From assembly GCA_050633305.1 (NCBI GenBank), contig JBOEGF010000015.1:189487-253486 (forward strand): 64,000 nt of DNA, written 5' to 3'. The position numbers and the translations under genes are program-made. This stretch comes from Nannocystales bacterium. GTDB lineage: Bacteria > Myxococcota_A > Polyangia > Nannocystales > Nannocystaceae. Position 1 is the first letter of the stretch. The number at the start of each line of letters is the position of its first letter. The notes under the pieces were generated by a model. That model saw only the letters and a program-made list of their open reading frames with translations, ran no database searches and was not told the DNA's origin. Below, piece by piece: positions 29,170 through 39,405 of the stretch.

Positions 29170-29480
29170 GCGGCGACCCCATGGTCCTGGAGCTGCTCTA
29201 CGCAGCGCTCATCACCGCGGCCAAGATCTCGGTCCCGATCCTTTCTGCTTCGCTCGTCGTCGGACTCGTCACCGCGTTGCTGCAGGCGGCCACCCAGCTT
29301 CAAGAGAACGTGATCTCGTTCGTCCCCAAGCTGGTGATTGTTGGGCTCACCTTGATGCTCTCGGGCGATTGGATGCTCATGACACTCACCGACTACGCTC
29401 GCCTGGTCATCCGACAAAGTGGCGAGCTGGGCGTCGTCCCGGGCGCGATGGCACCCACACCGCGGGACGAGCTCGAGTGA
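29166..29480 (+). CDS. fliQ: Export gate FliQ
   Basis: LQAATQLQE...FVPKL. Confidence 0.93.
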   Translation: MSGDPMVLELLYAALITAAKISVPILSASLVVGLVTALLQAATQLQENVISFVPKLVIVGLTLMLSGDWMLMTLTDYARLVIRQSGELGVVPGAMAPTPRDELE

Positions 29481-30217
29481 CGCCGTGGCACGAGATTCCT
29501 GGGCTGGGACTCGTGCCGGGGTTCCTGCTGATCTTCGTCCGCTTGGCGGCATTTCTGTGGGCCGCGCCGCTGACCGGTGATGGCCGCCTTCCGCCCAAGG
29601 TTCGCGTGGGCACCGCGGCTTTGGTGGCTGCGGCGTTCTCCAATCTGCACGAAGTGCACGGCTCGCCGGAACTGGGCCTGCAAGTCCCCCTCGAGGTGGG
29701 GGTGGGGTTCATCGCAGGGTTCACCGCGCGGCTCATGTTGGCCGGGCTCGAGGTTGGCGGCGAGCTCATCGGCATGCAGATGGGCTTGGGATTCGCGGGC
29801 ACGTTCGACCCGTCGTTGGGCGACATGGCCCTGCCCATGCGCCGTATCGTATTCGTGATCGCGAGCTTCGCGTTCATCTCCGTGGGCGGCATTCAGAACG
29901 TCGCCCGGCTCGCGATGCTCCCGCCGACCGACGTCGCGATTCTGTTCACCTCGTTTGGTGCGCTGATGCGGGCTTCGGGGGAGATGTTCCTGGTGGGCAT
30001 TCACCTCGCCCTCCCGATCCTGGTTGCGGTGACGGTCGCCAACATCGCCATGGGCCTGGCCAACCGCGCCGCCCCGGCGCTCAATGTCTACTCGGTGATG
30101 TTGTCGCTCACCGGCCTAATGGGTGCGGGGGTGCTGCTGCTGATCGCGCCCTTGATGGCGTCCGAGATTCTCACGCGGGCCTATCGCGCGATGACCTCCC
30201 TCCCGGGTTTCCACTGA
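29477..30217 (+). CDS. fliR: Export gate FliR
   Basis: GELIGMQMGLGF, RAAPALN; hydrophobic. Confidence 0.9.
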   Translation: MTPWHEIPGLGLVPGFLLIFVRLAAFLWAAPLTGDGRLPPKVRVGTAALVAAAFSNLHEVHGSPELGLQVPLEVGVGFIAGFTARLMLAGLEVGGELIGMQMGLGFAGTFDPSLGDMALPMRRIVFVIASFAFISVGGIQNVARLAMLPPTDVAILFTSFGALMRASGEMFLVGIHLALPILVAVTVANIAMGLANRAAPALNVYSVMLSLTGLMGAGVLLLIAPLMASEILTRAYRAMTSLPGFH

Positions 30218-30250
30218 TCCGGACTGACCCGGACTGATCCGAGCTGATCG

Positions 30251-31309
30251 ATGGCTGAAGAAAACAAGGATCAGAAAACACAAGAGGCGACACCGCGGCG
30301 CAAGGAGAAGGCACGGCGCGACGGTGACATTGCCCGGTCCAAGGACCTCACGTTGTGGGCGACGCTCGTGGGTGGATTCGTTGGGGCGGGCGTGTTCGGT
30401 AAGCAGACGCTCGAGCTGATGATGGCGTACATGCAGCAACGCTGGAACGCGTTGGAGGCTCCCGTCGACCCGCCTGCCGTGTTCGAGGCGTTTTGGATCG
30501 TCGTCGAGGCCGCCTTTCCGGCCGGCCTCGGAGCGGTTCTTGGTTGGACGATCTCCAGCGCCGTTCAGTTGGGTTGGCCGCCCGCACTGACCAAACCGAA
30601 GTTCAACATCACCAAGATCATCACCTTCTCCGGCGCCAAGCAGATCTTCGCGCCCAAAGAGGCCGCCGTCCGCGGTGGGATGGCAGCAGGCAAGGTCATT
30701 CTCGTGCTCGCTGCCGCGGGAGCCGCCATCTACAAGGAACTCGATCTCATCGTGTCGATGCCCTCACTCGCCCCGGGTGCACTGGGAGACCACTTGGTGC
30801 CCGTGGTGGAGCGAACGGTGAAATACGGCGCCGGCGTCCTCGCCATCATGGCTGCCGTCGACTTCTGGCACCAGAAACGTACGCACGGCCAGAAGATGAA
30901 GATGACGATGGAAGAGGTGAAGCGGGAGATGAAGGAGAGCGAAGGCGACCCCGCGTTCAAACAGAAGCGTCGTCGTCGGGCGCAAGAACTCGCGCGGAAG
31001 CCTCGGCCCGAGATTGTGGTGCCGACCGCGGACGTCGTAATCGTCAACCCGACCCACTACTCGGTCGCACTGCGCTATGACAAGAACAAGGAGAACGCGC
31101 CTCGGGTTGTGGCCAAGGGCGTGGACGGGATGGCGGCGCAGATCCGAGAGGTTGCTCGGAAGAGCGGCGTGCCCATTGTCGAGCGACCTCCGCTCGCGCG
31201 ATTGATGCACAAGCTTGTGGGCGAGGGGGACATGATCCCCGAGGATCTGTACAACGCGGTGGCCGAGGTGCTGGCGTATGTGTACCGACTGAAGGGCCGG
31301 ATTCAGTAG
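30251..31309 (+). CDS. flhB: Export switch protein FlhB
   Basis: KTQEATPRR, SEGDP, NPTH autocleavage motif, VAEVLAYVY. Confidence 0.96.
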   Translation: MAEENKDQKTQEATPRRKEKARRDGDIARSKDLTLWATLVGGFVGAGVFGKQTLELMMAYMQQRWNALEAPVDPPAVFEAFWIVVEAAFPAGLGAVLGWTISSAVQLGWPPALTKPKFNITKIITFSGAKQIFAPKEAAVRGGMAAGKVILVLAAAGAAIYKELDLIVSMPSLAPGALGDHLVPVVERTVKYGAGVLAIMAAVDFWHQKRTHGQKMKMTMEEVKREMKESEGDPAFKQKRRRRAQELARKPRPEIVVPTADVVIVNPTHYSVALRYDKNKENAPRVVAKGVDGMAAQIREVARKSGVPIVERPPLARLMHKLVGEGDMIPEDLYNAVAEVLAYVYRLKGRIQ

Positions 31310-31332
31310 CAGGCCGGGCTGACGCGCCGCCC

Positions 31333-31356
31333 AAATCGGAAAACGTTTTCCGATTT
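31333..31356. promoter_or_regulatory. Perfect 24-bp palindrome (operator-like or hairpin)
   Basis: AAATCGGAAAACGTTTTCCGATTT equals its own reverse complement. Confidence 0.55.
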
Positions 31357-31559
31357 CAAGGGCTCTGCGTCGGAGTCGGCCTGGAACTCTGCCGGAACGA
31401 GTTTGAGCCGACGGCTGTATTCCACCGTGCTCCCGTTGACTTCGGAAGGGTGCGGCGGGTCGGTGGCAGTCCCGGTCTACACGTTGGGGGCGTGAATGCC
31501 GCGGACTATGTTGCTCTGGTCATGATCAAAACCGAGCGAGCCCGCACTACCCCCGAGAC

Positions 31560-32888
31560 GTGTTTCTTGCATTGGAACTCAATCGAAAGACCACGAACCC
31601 TTCAGGCACCAGGTATGTCTTGTGCGCTGGCGTACTGCTGCTGACTGCGGGGTGCACTGGACCCGAAGCGATTTCCCCGGTGGGTGAGGGCTCGTCCTCG
31701 AGCGAGGGTTCTCCGGGGCCGTCCGGCTCGACGGGCTCGACGGGATCGACGGGTTCGACTGACTCGGACTCGGTTGGTGCGTCGAGCGACGACTCGGGCC
31801 TGGACAGCTCGTCGAGCGAGGACACGGGAGGCGACACGCAACCCCCTGGGTCCGTTTGTGGAAATGGCGTCGTGGAGAAGGGCGAGGGTTGCGACGAGCT
31901 GGACCGGCTTGATGAAGACGGATGCAATGTCGATTGTACGGTCTCAGGGTCCTTGCTTTGGAGCTGGGACCCCGATCGCTCGTGGGTGCTTGACCTCGAC
32001 TTCGACGCCGCGGACGCCCTTCAGGTGTTGGTGGGGATTCCGGGACCCGGTCTTTCGGTTCAACGCTTCGACGCGACGGGGGAGATCGACGGCACGTTCG
32101 GGGTGACCGCTGTGGAGAGACCGCCGGGGACTCCGGAGGGGCTTCCAGGCACCATCGAGTTCGCAGCTTTGGAGGCGAGGGATGAAGGTACGTACGTGGG
32201 TATGTACGAGTATTGGCAATCCGGCACAGAGTTCTTCGTCGGCGGGCACGTGGAGCAACTCGGAGACGGCGGATGGGTCCGCCCGGTCGAAGGAGGCGTC
32301 CAGAGCCTCGGCCCCAGAGAGGGGGGCGGCGTCATCGCAGTCTCTAGTGACGACGTCGTGCATGCATTCGACGCCGACGGGGCCGAAGCTTGGGCTGTCG
32401 AACCCGGAGGCGGCCTGCGCTCCGACACCTTGCTTGCCGAAGGGGCGGTCGTCGTTGTCGCCGTTGATCGCGTCGTGGGGTTGGACGACGCGACAGGGGC
32501 TGAGTTGTGGTCCTTTGTCGAGCCTGCTGTCGACATCATCTTTTACCGAGCAAGTCGGAGTGCGGACGAGATCTGGGCTTTCGGGCAGGCCTATCCGTTC
32601 ACGGACGAGGTCTCGATGTTCCGCCTGGGCCTCGACGGGTCGCGCATCGAGCACATCGAGGCGGCCAGCATGGGCTCCTGGCATCAGATGACGTGGAGCG
32701 GGAACGTTGCGTGGCTGAGGAGCCAAGAGGCTGGCAGACCCGAACTTCTTGAGAAGCTGGGAGCCGACTTCGAGCCGCTGTGGGCGCACGAGGTGGGATA
32801 CGGCGATGATTGGCGAAACCTTGCGGTGGACACCCGGGGCACGGTTGCCGCGGCCAGCCGCTCTCAGGTTCAGGTCTTGGCGCCCTAA
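31560..32888 (+). CDS. Lipoprotein with Myxococcus cysteine-rich repeat and beta-propeller-like C-terminus (start uncertain)
   Basis: LTAGC lipobox, S/G/T linker, CGNGVVEKGEGCD...DGCNVDC, PQQ-like repeats (DADGAEAW, DDATGAELW). Confidence 0.75.
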   Translation: MFLALELNRKTTNPSGTRYVLCAGVLLLTAGCTGPEAISPVGEGSSSSEGSPGPSGSTGSTGSTGSTDSDSVGASSDDSGLDSSSSEDTGGDTQPPGSVCGNGVVEKGEGCDELDRLDEDGCNVDCTVSGSLLWSWDPDRSWVLDLDFDAADALQVLVGIPGPGLSVQRFDATGEIDGTFGVTAVERPPGTPEGLPGTIEFAALEARDEGTYVGMYEYWQSGTEFFVGGHVEQLGDGGWVRPVEGGVQSLGPREGGGVIAVSSDDVVHAFDADGAEAWAVEPGGGLRSDTLLAEGAVVVVAVDRVVGLDDATGAELWSFVEPAVDIIFYRASRSADEIWAFGQAYPFTDEVSMFRLGLDGSRIEHIEAASMGSWHQMTWSGNVAWLRSQEAGRPELLEKLGADFEPLWAHEVGYGDDWRNLAVDTRGTVAAASRSQVQVLAP

Positions 32889-33106
32889 ACGACGGCGCAG
32901 GAAGTACGAGTGTGTTGGTGCGCGCCACTGGTACCGATCCCGGACTCGGGGACGCGCGGTTCGACGCTTCGTGGAAACACCGTCCGCCGATGCTGCGCCG
33001 CGCGCTCACCCACGTCCCGAACCTGGCCGCGCGCGCCCTAGATCTGGACGCTCGCCGCACCGATGGGACTGGCCCTTACGAATCGGCCGACCAATAGAAC
33101 AGTTTA

Positions 33107-35224
33107 GTGGCGACCAAAGAAGCCAGCGCGGGCGGGCGCAACGTGGGAGACGCCATCGGGGCCGTGCTCATGGTCGGCGTCCTTGCGCTCGCGGTGCTTC
33201 CGTTGCCTCCGGCGCTGCTCGACCTGCTGATGTCGGCGAGCCTGTGTGTGTCGCTGCTCATCTTCTTGGTGGCGATGTACGTGGAGAAGCCGCTCGACTT
33301 CTCGTCGTTCCCGTCGCTGCTCGTTCTGGTGACGCTATTTCGTCTGAGCCTCAACGTCGCTTCGACCCGAAACATCCTCCTTCATGGAGGTGAGGGGCTC
33401 GATGCGGCAGGTCAGGTCATCGCGGCGTTCGGTGAGTTCGTGGTCGGCGGCAACTTCGTGGTTGGCGCGGTCGTGTTCCTGATTCTGGTCTTGGTGAACT
33501 TCATCGTGATCACAAAAGGTGCCGACCGAATCTCCGAGGTCGGCGCTCGCTTCACGTTGGACTCGTTGCCGGGCAAGCAGATGGCGATCGACTCCGACCT
33601 TGTCGCGGGTCTCATCGACGAGAAGACCGCCCGCAAGCGTCGCGAAGAAGTCCAGGCGCACGCGGAGTTTCACGGGGCGATGGATGGTGCCTCCAAGTTC
33701 GTCCGTGGCGACGCGATCGCCGGACTGATCATCGTGGCGATCAACCTCATTGCGGGCGTCATCGTTGGCGTGATGCAGCACGGGTTGTCGCCGCTGGAGT
33801 CGGCTGAGACCTACAGCATCTTGTCCATCGGGGACGGACTCGTCTCGCAGCTTCCGGCGCTGCTGGTCTCGACGGGCGCCGCCCTCTTGGTGACGCGCGA
33901 CAGCAACGCGACCGGCGGCATGATGTCGTCGCTCACCGGGCAGCTCATCATGCGCCCGAAGGCGGCCTGGGCCACGGGGGCGGTGCTTGCTCTGCTCGGG
34001 GTTGTGCCGGGCATGCCTCACTTCCCCTTGTTGGCGGTTGCTGGGATTGCCTGCGGAATGGGTTACTTTGGAGACAAGCGCGCCAAGGACACCGCTACGC
34101 CGGCCCGGTCGAAAGCTGTCGATGCGAAGAAGAAGGCCGACCTGGACCGCAAGCGGTTGCTCGACCCCGAGGCGCAGAAGCAAGAAATCGCCGAGGTTCT
34201 TCCGGTCGACCTGGTGTCGATGGAGCTCGGGCTCCAGTTGCTTCCCCTTGCCGACCTCAGTCGAGACGGCGAGCTTCTCGGGCGCATCGCCGGGGTGCGG
34301 AAACAAATGGCGAAGGAGCTGGGCTTCATCGTCCCACCGGTCTCGATTCGCGACGATGTGGGTGCCAAGCCCTCGAGCTACAAGCTGCTCATCTCAGGCG
34401 TGAAGGTTGCCGAGGGAGAGATTCGAGTGGGTCGGATGCTCGCCATCGACCCATCGGGTCAGGCGACGGCCAACCTGCCCGGCGCGATGGTGCGAGAGCC
34501 AACGTTCGGCCTTCCCGCCAAGTGGATCGCACCGGGTCAACGCAGCACCGCAGAGACGGCCGGATGCACTGTGGTGGACGCGTCGTCGGTCATCGCCACG
34601 CATCTCACCGAGGTCGTGAGGCAGCACGCCGCAGAACTTCTTGGAAGAAAAGAGGCTCAAGAGCTTGTGGATCTGGCCGGACAACGCAACGCAAAGGTTG
34701 TGGAGGAACTCATCCCGCATCTGCTGTCGCTGGGACAGGTGATCCAGGTGCTGCGATCCCTCCTCGCCGAAGGGGTGTCCCTTCGAGACACGCGCTCCAT
34801 CTTGGAGACGCTGGCCGACAACGCGGCGCAGACCAAGGACATCCACGAACTCACCGAGCTCGTTCGTCAACGTCTTTCGCGACGCATCACCGAGCAGTTC
34901 GTCGACGGCCAAGGCCGGCTGCGGGCGATGGTGCTCGAGCCCAAGGCCGAAGAGTTGCTTCGCCGTGGCCCCCGTGGCGGAGATGCCTCGGGCTTGACCA
35001 AGCTGACCCAGACGTTGGGCGATGCCGCCGAGTTGGCAGCGCAGCGCGACGAGCCCCCACTTCTCATCGTGGCGCCGGACGTCCGGCGCACGGCATCCGC
35101 CATCGCGCAGCGCCACATCCGAGGCCTCCGCGTCATCAGCTATCGCGAGGTCGACCCCTCGGTTCCTCTCTCCGCGACGCGCATCATCGACACTGATGGT
35201 GTCCGCATGCCGGAGGCCGCATGA
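33107..35224 (+). CDS. flhA: Export apparatus protein FlhA
   Basis: FRLSLNVASTR, RISEVGARFTLDSLPGKQMAID, GAMDGASKFVRGD. Confidence 0.97.
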   Translation: MATKEASAGGRNVGDAIGAVLMVGVLALAVLPLPPALLDLLMSASLCVSLLIFLVAMYVEKPLDFSSFPSLLVLVTLFRLSLNVASTRNILLHGGEGLDAAGQVIAAFGEFVVGGNFVVGAVVFLILVLVNFIVITKGADRISEVGARFTLDSLPGKQMAIDSDLVAGLIDEKTARKRREEVQAHAEFHGAMDGASKFVRGDAIAGLIIVAINLIAGVIVGVMQHGLSPLESAETYSILSIGDGLVSQLPALLVSTGAALLVTRDSNATGGMMSSLTGQLIMRPKAAWATGAVLALLGVVPGMPHFPLLAVAGIACGMGYFGDKRAKDTATPARSKAVDAKKKADLDRKRLLDPEAQKQEIAEVLPVDLVSMELGLQLLPLADLSRDGELLGRIAGVRKQMAKELGFIVPPVSIRDDVGAKPSSYKLLISGVKVAEGEIRVGRMLAIDPSGQATANLPGAMVREPTFGLPAKWIAPGQRSTAETAGCTVVDASSVIATHLTEVVRQHAAELLGRKEAQELVDLAGQRNAKVVEELIPHLLSLGQVIQVLRSLLAEGVSLRDTRSILETLADNAAQTKDIHELTELVRQRLSRRITEQFVDGQGRLRAMVLEPKAEELLRRGPRGGDASGLTKLTQTLGDAAELAAQRDEPPLLIVAPDVRRTASAIAQRHIRGLRVISYREVDPSVPLSATRIIDTDGVRMPEAA

Positions 35225-36273
35225 AGCTCCGGAAGTTCAAGGCGGACTCGATGCGCGAGGCGTTGGCCCGGGTGAAGAAGGAACTCGGTCCGGACGCTCT
35301 CATCATCGCGACGAAGCCGGTCAAGGGCCCGGGCGGCAAACGTATGCTCGCGGTCACGGCCGCCGTCGACGAGGGCGATGAGAAGCCGGAGAGTTCGGAC
35401 CGGTCGTCCTCAGAGGCGACCCTTGCCGCTCGTGCCGACTCGGCAGCGGAACTCGCCGAAGCCATGCTTCCGCTTCGCTCCGAGCTTCGCGCTCTGCGGA
35501 GTTTGGTCCGAAACACGCGGCCCACGAAGAACTCCAACAACAAGGCGTTGCTCGAAGAGGTGGCCGAGCTCAAGCGAATGGTCACGTCCCTCTCTCGTCG
35601 GCCGCGAATCGACGTCGAGGCGCTCGAAGAGGCGAGCATCGGTCGCACAATCGCCCGAAAGGCCGAAGGAAGGGTCCGCGTTCTCATCGGCCCGACCGGC
35701 GTGGGCAAGACCACCACCATTGCGAAGATCGCCGCGAACGCAGCGTTGCTCGAGCGCAAGCGTGTCCACATCATCTCGCTCGACAACCACCGCGTTGGAG
35801 CCCCGGCGCAGATCAAGGCGTTTGCGCAGATGATGGGCGTTCCGGTCACGCTTGTCCGGCATGCGCCCACCGAGCTGGCTGCCGCGCTCGAGCAGTCGGC
35901 CAACGCTGAACTCGTGCTCGTCGACACGGCGGGTCGCAGTCTCCGAGATCTCCGCGCCCCTCGAATGCTCGAGCAGCTGATCAATCGGTTGCCCAAGCCC
36001 GAGATTCACCTCGCGATGGCGGCAGGTACCAGTGCCTTCGACATCGACACGATCATCGCTCGTTATGCACCCATTGGGGTGTCTCGCTTGCTCTTTACGA
36101 AGGTCGACGAAACTGCCGACCTCCGCGAAATCGTCCTCACTCCCGCGCGCCACAACATCCCTGTTGGCTACCTGACGCGCGGCCAAAAAGTCCCCGAAGA
36201 CATTCAAGTCGCAACCCGAAAACTACTCATGTCGATGGCAATTGAAGGTCAAGAATTCATGGAGGTCGCGTGA
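35221..36273 (+). CDS. flhF: SRP-family GTPase FlhF
   Basis: GPTGVGKTTT, DTAGR, TKVDE, GQKVPEDI. Confidence 0.93.
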   Translation: MKLRKFKADSMREALARVKKELGPDALIIATKPVKGPGGKRMLAVTAAVDEGDEKPESSDRSSSEATLAARADSAAELAEAMLPLRSELRALRSLVRNTRPTKNSNNKALLEEVAELKRMVTSLSRRPRIDVEALEEASIGRTIARKAEGRVRVLIGPTGVGKTTTIAKIAANAALLERKRVHIISLDNHRVGAPAQIKAFAQMMGVPVTLVRHAPTELAAALEQSANAELVLVDTAGRSLRDLRAPRMLEQLINRLPKPEIHLAMAAGTSAFDIDTIIARYAPIGVSRLLFTKVDETADLREIVLTPARHNIPVGYLTRGQKVPEDIQVATRKLLMSMAIEGQEFMEVA

Positions 36274-37154
36274 GCACGATAGCTGACGTCATTTCGCTCG
36301 ATCGCTTCCGTACGGCCCAGCGCCGAGGCAAGCCGCAACCGGGAACGACAATCGCGTTCACAGGTGGAAAGGGCGGAGTTGGAAAGAGCTTCGTTGCTGC
36401 CAACGCCTCCGTCTGGATGGCCAGGAACGAGCTGCGAACGCTGACCGTCGACGGTGACTTCAGCATGGCCGACCTCAACCTGTTGTTTGGGCTGGCGCCC
36501 GAGCGCAGTGTCCTGGACATGTTGCGCGGGATGCCGGTCGAGGATGTCCTCGAGCATGCACATGGCATTGACCTCCTTCCCGGACTCAACGGCAACTCGA
36601 TGCTGGCGAACCTGGACCCGGCGCAAGCCGCCTCCATCTACGTCGAGATCGAGACCCTTCGAGACGCCTACGAAGCGACGGTCATTGACGCTCCCACCGG
36701 ACTTTCGGACGTGGGCATTGAGATGTGCGCCCTCGCCAGTCACGTCGTTCTCGTGCTCTCACCAGAGCCCACGTCGCTCGCCGATGCCTACGCATGTCTC
36801 AAGGCACTGACGGCCAGGGTTGGGCTGGACCGGGCATTTGTGGTGGTCAACCGGGTGGACAACGCCTCGGATGCTCACGATGCGTACACCCGACTCGAAG
36901 CTCTCGTTTCGCGCTTCTTGGGTGTGGAGCTCTGCGAGCTGCCGTACATCCCCGCCGACGCGCGGGCTGCCACGGCGTGTGCGCTGGGAAGCCCGGTCTT
37001 GCTGCAGTACCCCGATGCACCGTCCTCTCGTGCCTTGTGCTCGATGCTGGCCGAGGTCTCGTCGATGTCGCCGTCGACGTTCACCCACGACGCGTTCGTG
37101 ATCCCGGGGCCGGAAGACTTCACTCGACCCGAGGCCATGGAGGACGTTAGATGA
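36270..37154 (+). CDS. flhG: MinD-like ATPase FlhG/FleN
   Basis: GKGGVGKS, PEPTSLADAYA; follows flhF. Confidence 0.9.
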   Translation: MSTIADVISLDRFRTAQRRGKPQPGTTIAFTGGKGGVGKSFVAANASVWMARNELRTLTVDGDFSMADLNLLFGLAPERSVLDMLRGMPVEDVLEHAHGIDLLPGLNGNSMLANLDPAQAASIYVEIETLRDAYEATVIDAPTGLSDVGIEMCALASHVVLVLSPEPTSLADAYACLKALTARVGLDRAFVVVNRVDNASDAHDAYTRLEALVSRFLGVELCELPYIPADARAATACALGSPVLLQYPDAPSSRALCSMLAEVSSMSPSTFTHDAFVIPGPEDFTRPEAMEDVR

Positions 37155-37870
37155 CAGGCTACGGGCACCTGGGTAGGGCCGGATCTCGGCGCAGCCTTCG
37201 CGATCAATTGGTCGTGGAGCACGCTCCCATCGCGCGCCGTATCGCGTTGCGAATGGCACGGAGACTGCCTGACCCGGTGCTCGTGGATGATGTTGTTGCG
37301 GCCGCGTACCTCGGCCTGACCCAGGCCGCGGAGCGCTACGACGCGAAACGGGGCGAGCCTTTCTTGGGGTTCGCAGAACAACGAATTCGCGGGGCGGTGT
37401 ACGACGAGCTTCGTCGCGCCGACATCCTGCCGCGGCGCCAACGTCAGAAGGCGAAGCGCGTCCAAGACACGATGCGGCGTCTGGAGCAGAAGCTCGGTCG
37501 GGCCGCGGACGACCAGGAGGTCGCGACAGACCTCGGCGTTTCGGTGTCCGAGTATCGAAAAGACCTCGAGGGGCTGACCCACGTTGCGGTTGTTGAATTC
37601 CAAGAGCACCCAGCATCTTCGGCGGACTCTCCCGTCTCGCTGACCGAGCGGCGCGACCTGCTGTCGAAGGTGATGAAGGCGCTGCATCTGCTGCCCTCAC
37701 GCGACGCGCAGCTGCTGTCGCTCTACTACATCGAAGAGCTTACCTACGCCGAACTTGGGGAGATCTTCAGCATCTCTGTCGGCCGCGTCAGCCAACTCCA
37801 TGCACGGGCGATCACCCGGTTGCGGACGAAGTTGGAAGAGCCGGCCCAGACCACGGAGCAAGCAGCATGA
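37151..37870 (+). CDS. fliA: Flagellar sigma factor sigma28
   Basis: RIRGAVYDELR, LYYIEELT, RVSQLH. Confidence 0.93.
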   Translation: MTGYGHLGRAGSRRSLRDQLVVEHAPIARRIALRMARRLPDPVLVDDVVAAAYLGLTQAAERYDAKRGEPFLGFAEQRIRGAVYDELRRADILPRRQRQKAKRVQDTMRRLEQKLGRAADDQEVATDLGVSVSEYRKDLEGLTHVAVVEFQEHPASSADSPVSLTERRDLLSKVMKALHLLPSRDAQLLSLYYIEELTYAELGEIFSISVGRVSQLHARAITRLRTKLEEPAQTTEQAA

Positions 37871-38571
37871 GTGACGGACTCTACGTCGCGATGTCCGGTG
37901 CCGTTGCGCAAGAGCGCGCCATGGACGTCACCGCGAACAACGTCGCCAACGGCAACACCACGGGTTTCCGCGCCGAGCGGGTCACGTTCGAAGAGGTCCT
38001 TGGGGACCAAGGAAACCTCTCCTTCGTCACGGCCGAGGAGGGCACGGTGGACACCAGCAAGGGCGAGCTGCGCACAACAGGAAACCCGCTCGATGTTGCG
38101 GTGGATGGCGACGGATGGTTTGCCATGGAGACCCCAGAGGGGCCCCGCTACACCCGCTCGGGTGCGTTTCGCATCGGTCCAGACGGAGCGCTCATCGACG
38201 AGCGCGGCAACGGAGTCCTCGACGTCTCCAACCGGCCGATGTTGATCCCCGGGGGCGCGAATGAGATCACCGTCGACCCCGCGGGCCAAGTGCTCGCTGA
38301 CGGTGTCCCTTTGGGGCAGATCCAGATCGTCTCTCTCAACGACGGCAAGCTGCAGAACGAAGGGGGAAACCTCTACTCAGCGCCCGGCGGGGTCAAGCCC
38401 GTCGAGAACGCATCGGTGGTCTCCGGCCACCTCGAACAGGCCAACTTCGACCCGGTGCGAGGCATGGTCGACCTAATTCGGATCTCGCGAAATCACGAGA
38501 GCCTGCACCAAATGATGACGACCTACCGCGAGATCGACCAACGCGTCGTCCGTGAAATCGGCGGGGCCTAG
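37867..38571 (+). CDS. flgF: Rod protein FlgF
   Basis: ANNVAN..TTGF, TGNPLDVA, YTRSG; precedes flgG. Confidence 0.9.
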   Translation: MSDGLYVAMSGAVAQERAMDVTANNVANGNTTGFRAERVTFEEVLGDQGNLSFVTAEEGTVDTSKGELRTTGNPLDVAVDGDGWFAMETPEGPRYTRSGAFRIGPDGALIDERGNGVLDVSNRPMLIPGGANEITVDPAGQVLADGVPLGQIQIVSLNDGKLQNEGGNLYSAPGGVKPVENASVVSGHLEQANFDPVRGMVDLIRISRNHESLHQMMTTYREIDQRVVREIGGA

Positions 38572-38611
38572 GCGCCCCACTCGGGGCTAGCAGTCCCAAA
38601 GGAGAGCAACC

Positions 38612-39397
38612 ATGATTCGAGCACTGTCCACGTCCGCCACGGGCATGACCGCCCTGCAAACCAAGCTGGACGTCACCGCCAACAACGTCGCCAACTCGCA
38701 AACCGCAGGATTCAAGCGCGGTCGAGCCGAGTTCGAAGACCTCATGTACCAGACGCTGCGTGCCCCTGGTGCCGCTGCAGGGGCCAACAACAGGGCTGGT
38801 ACAGGGCTTCAGGTCGGGCTTGGCGTTCGCGTCGCTGGTACCTCCATCGACACTGGCGAGGGAGACTTGAAGCAGACTGGCAACCCGTTCGATGTTGCGA
38901 TTGCAGGCCGAGGCTTCTTCGCGCTGCAAGACCCGGACGGGAACCCGGTGTACACGCGAAACGGATCGTTCCATCTCGACGCCGAGGGGCAGATGGTCAA
39001 CGCGGAGGGCTACGGAATGGCTGCGCAGATCGTCGTGCCTCCCGATGCGGAGAGCGTGACGATTGGCAGCGACGGCATCGTCACCGCGTCGATTACCGGA
39101 GAGACGGAGCCGGTCGAGCTCGGTCAGATCGAGGTCGCCAACTTTGCGAACCCGGCGGGCCTGCAAGCCATCGGGAAGACGCTCTTCACGGAGACCGCCG
39201 CCTCGGGAACCGCCATCGTCGGCATTCCGGGAGCGGAAGGGGCGGGTGGCCTCGAGCAGGGCATGCTCGAGATGTCGAACGTGAAGGTCGTTGAGGAGAT
39301 GATCGATCTCATCAGCGGTCAGCGAGCGTACGAGGTGAACTCTCGGGTGGTTCAGGCTGCTGACGAGATGCTTCAACAGACCGCAAACCTCCGCTAG
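38612..39397 (+). CDS. flgG: Distal rod protein FlgG
   Basis: FEDLMYQ, GLQVGLG, SNVKVVEEM..QRAYEVNS. Confidence 0.96.
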   Translation: MIRALSTSATGMTALQTKLDVTANNVANSQTAGFKRGRAEFEDLMYQTLRAPGAAAGANNRAGTGLQVGLGVRVAGTSIDTGEGDLKQTGNPFDVAIAGRGFFALQDPDGNPVYTRNGSFHLDAEGQMVNAEGYGMAAQIVVPPDAESVTIGSDGIVTASITGETEPVELGQIEVANFANPAGLQAIGKTLFTETAASGTAIVGIPGAEGAGGLEQGMLEMSNVKVVEEMIDLISGQRAYEVNSRVVQAADEMLQQTANLR

Positions 39398-39405
39398 GAG
39401 CCATC

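Noticed and set aside
30214..30250. Degenerate 10-bp tandem repeat (CTGATCCGGA-like, about 4 copies) between fliR and flhB
   Set aside because: Short and imperfect; no function can be argued.
16066..35224. Non-flagellar type III injectisome interpretation
   Set aside because: Rod, hook, P/L rings, flagellins, cap and stators are all present; no secretin or needle genes.
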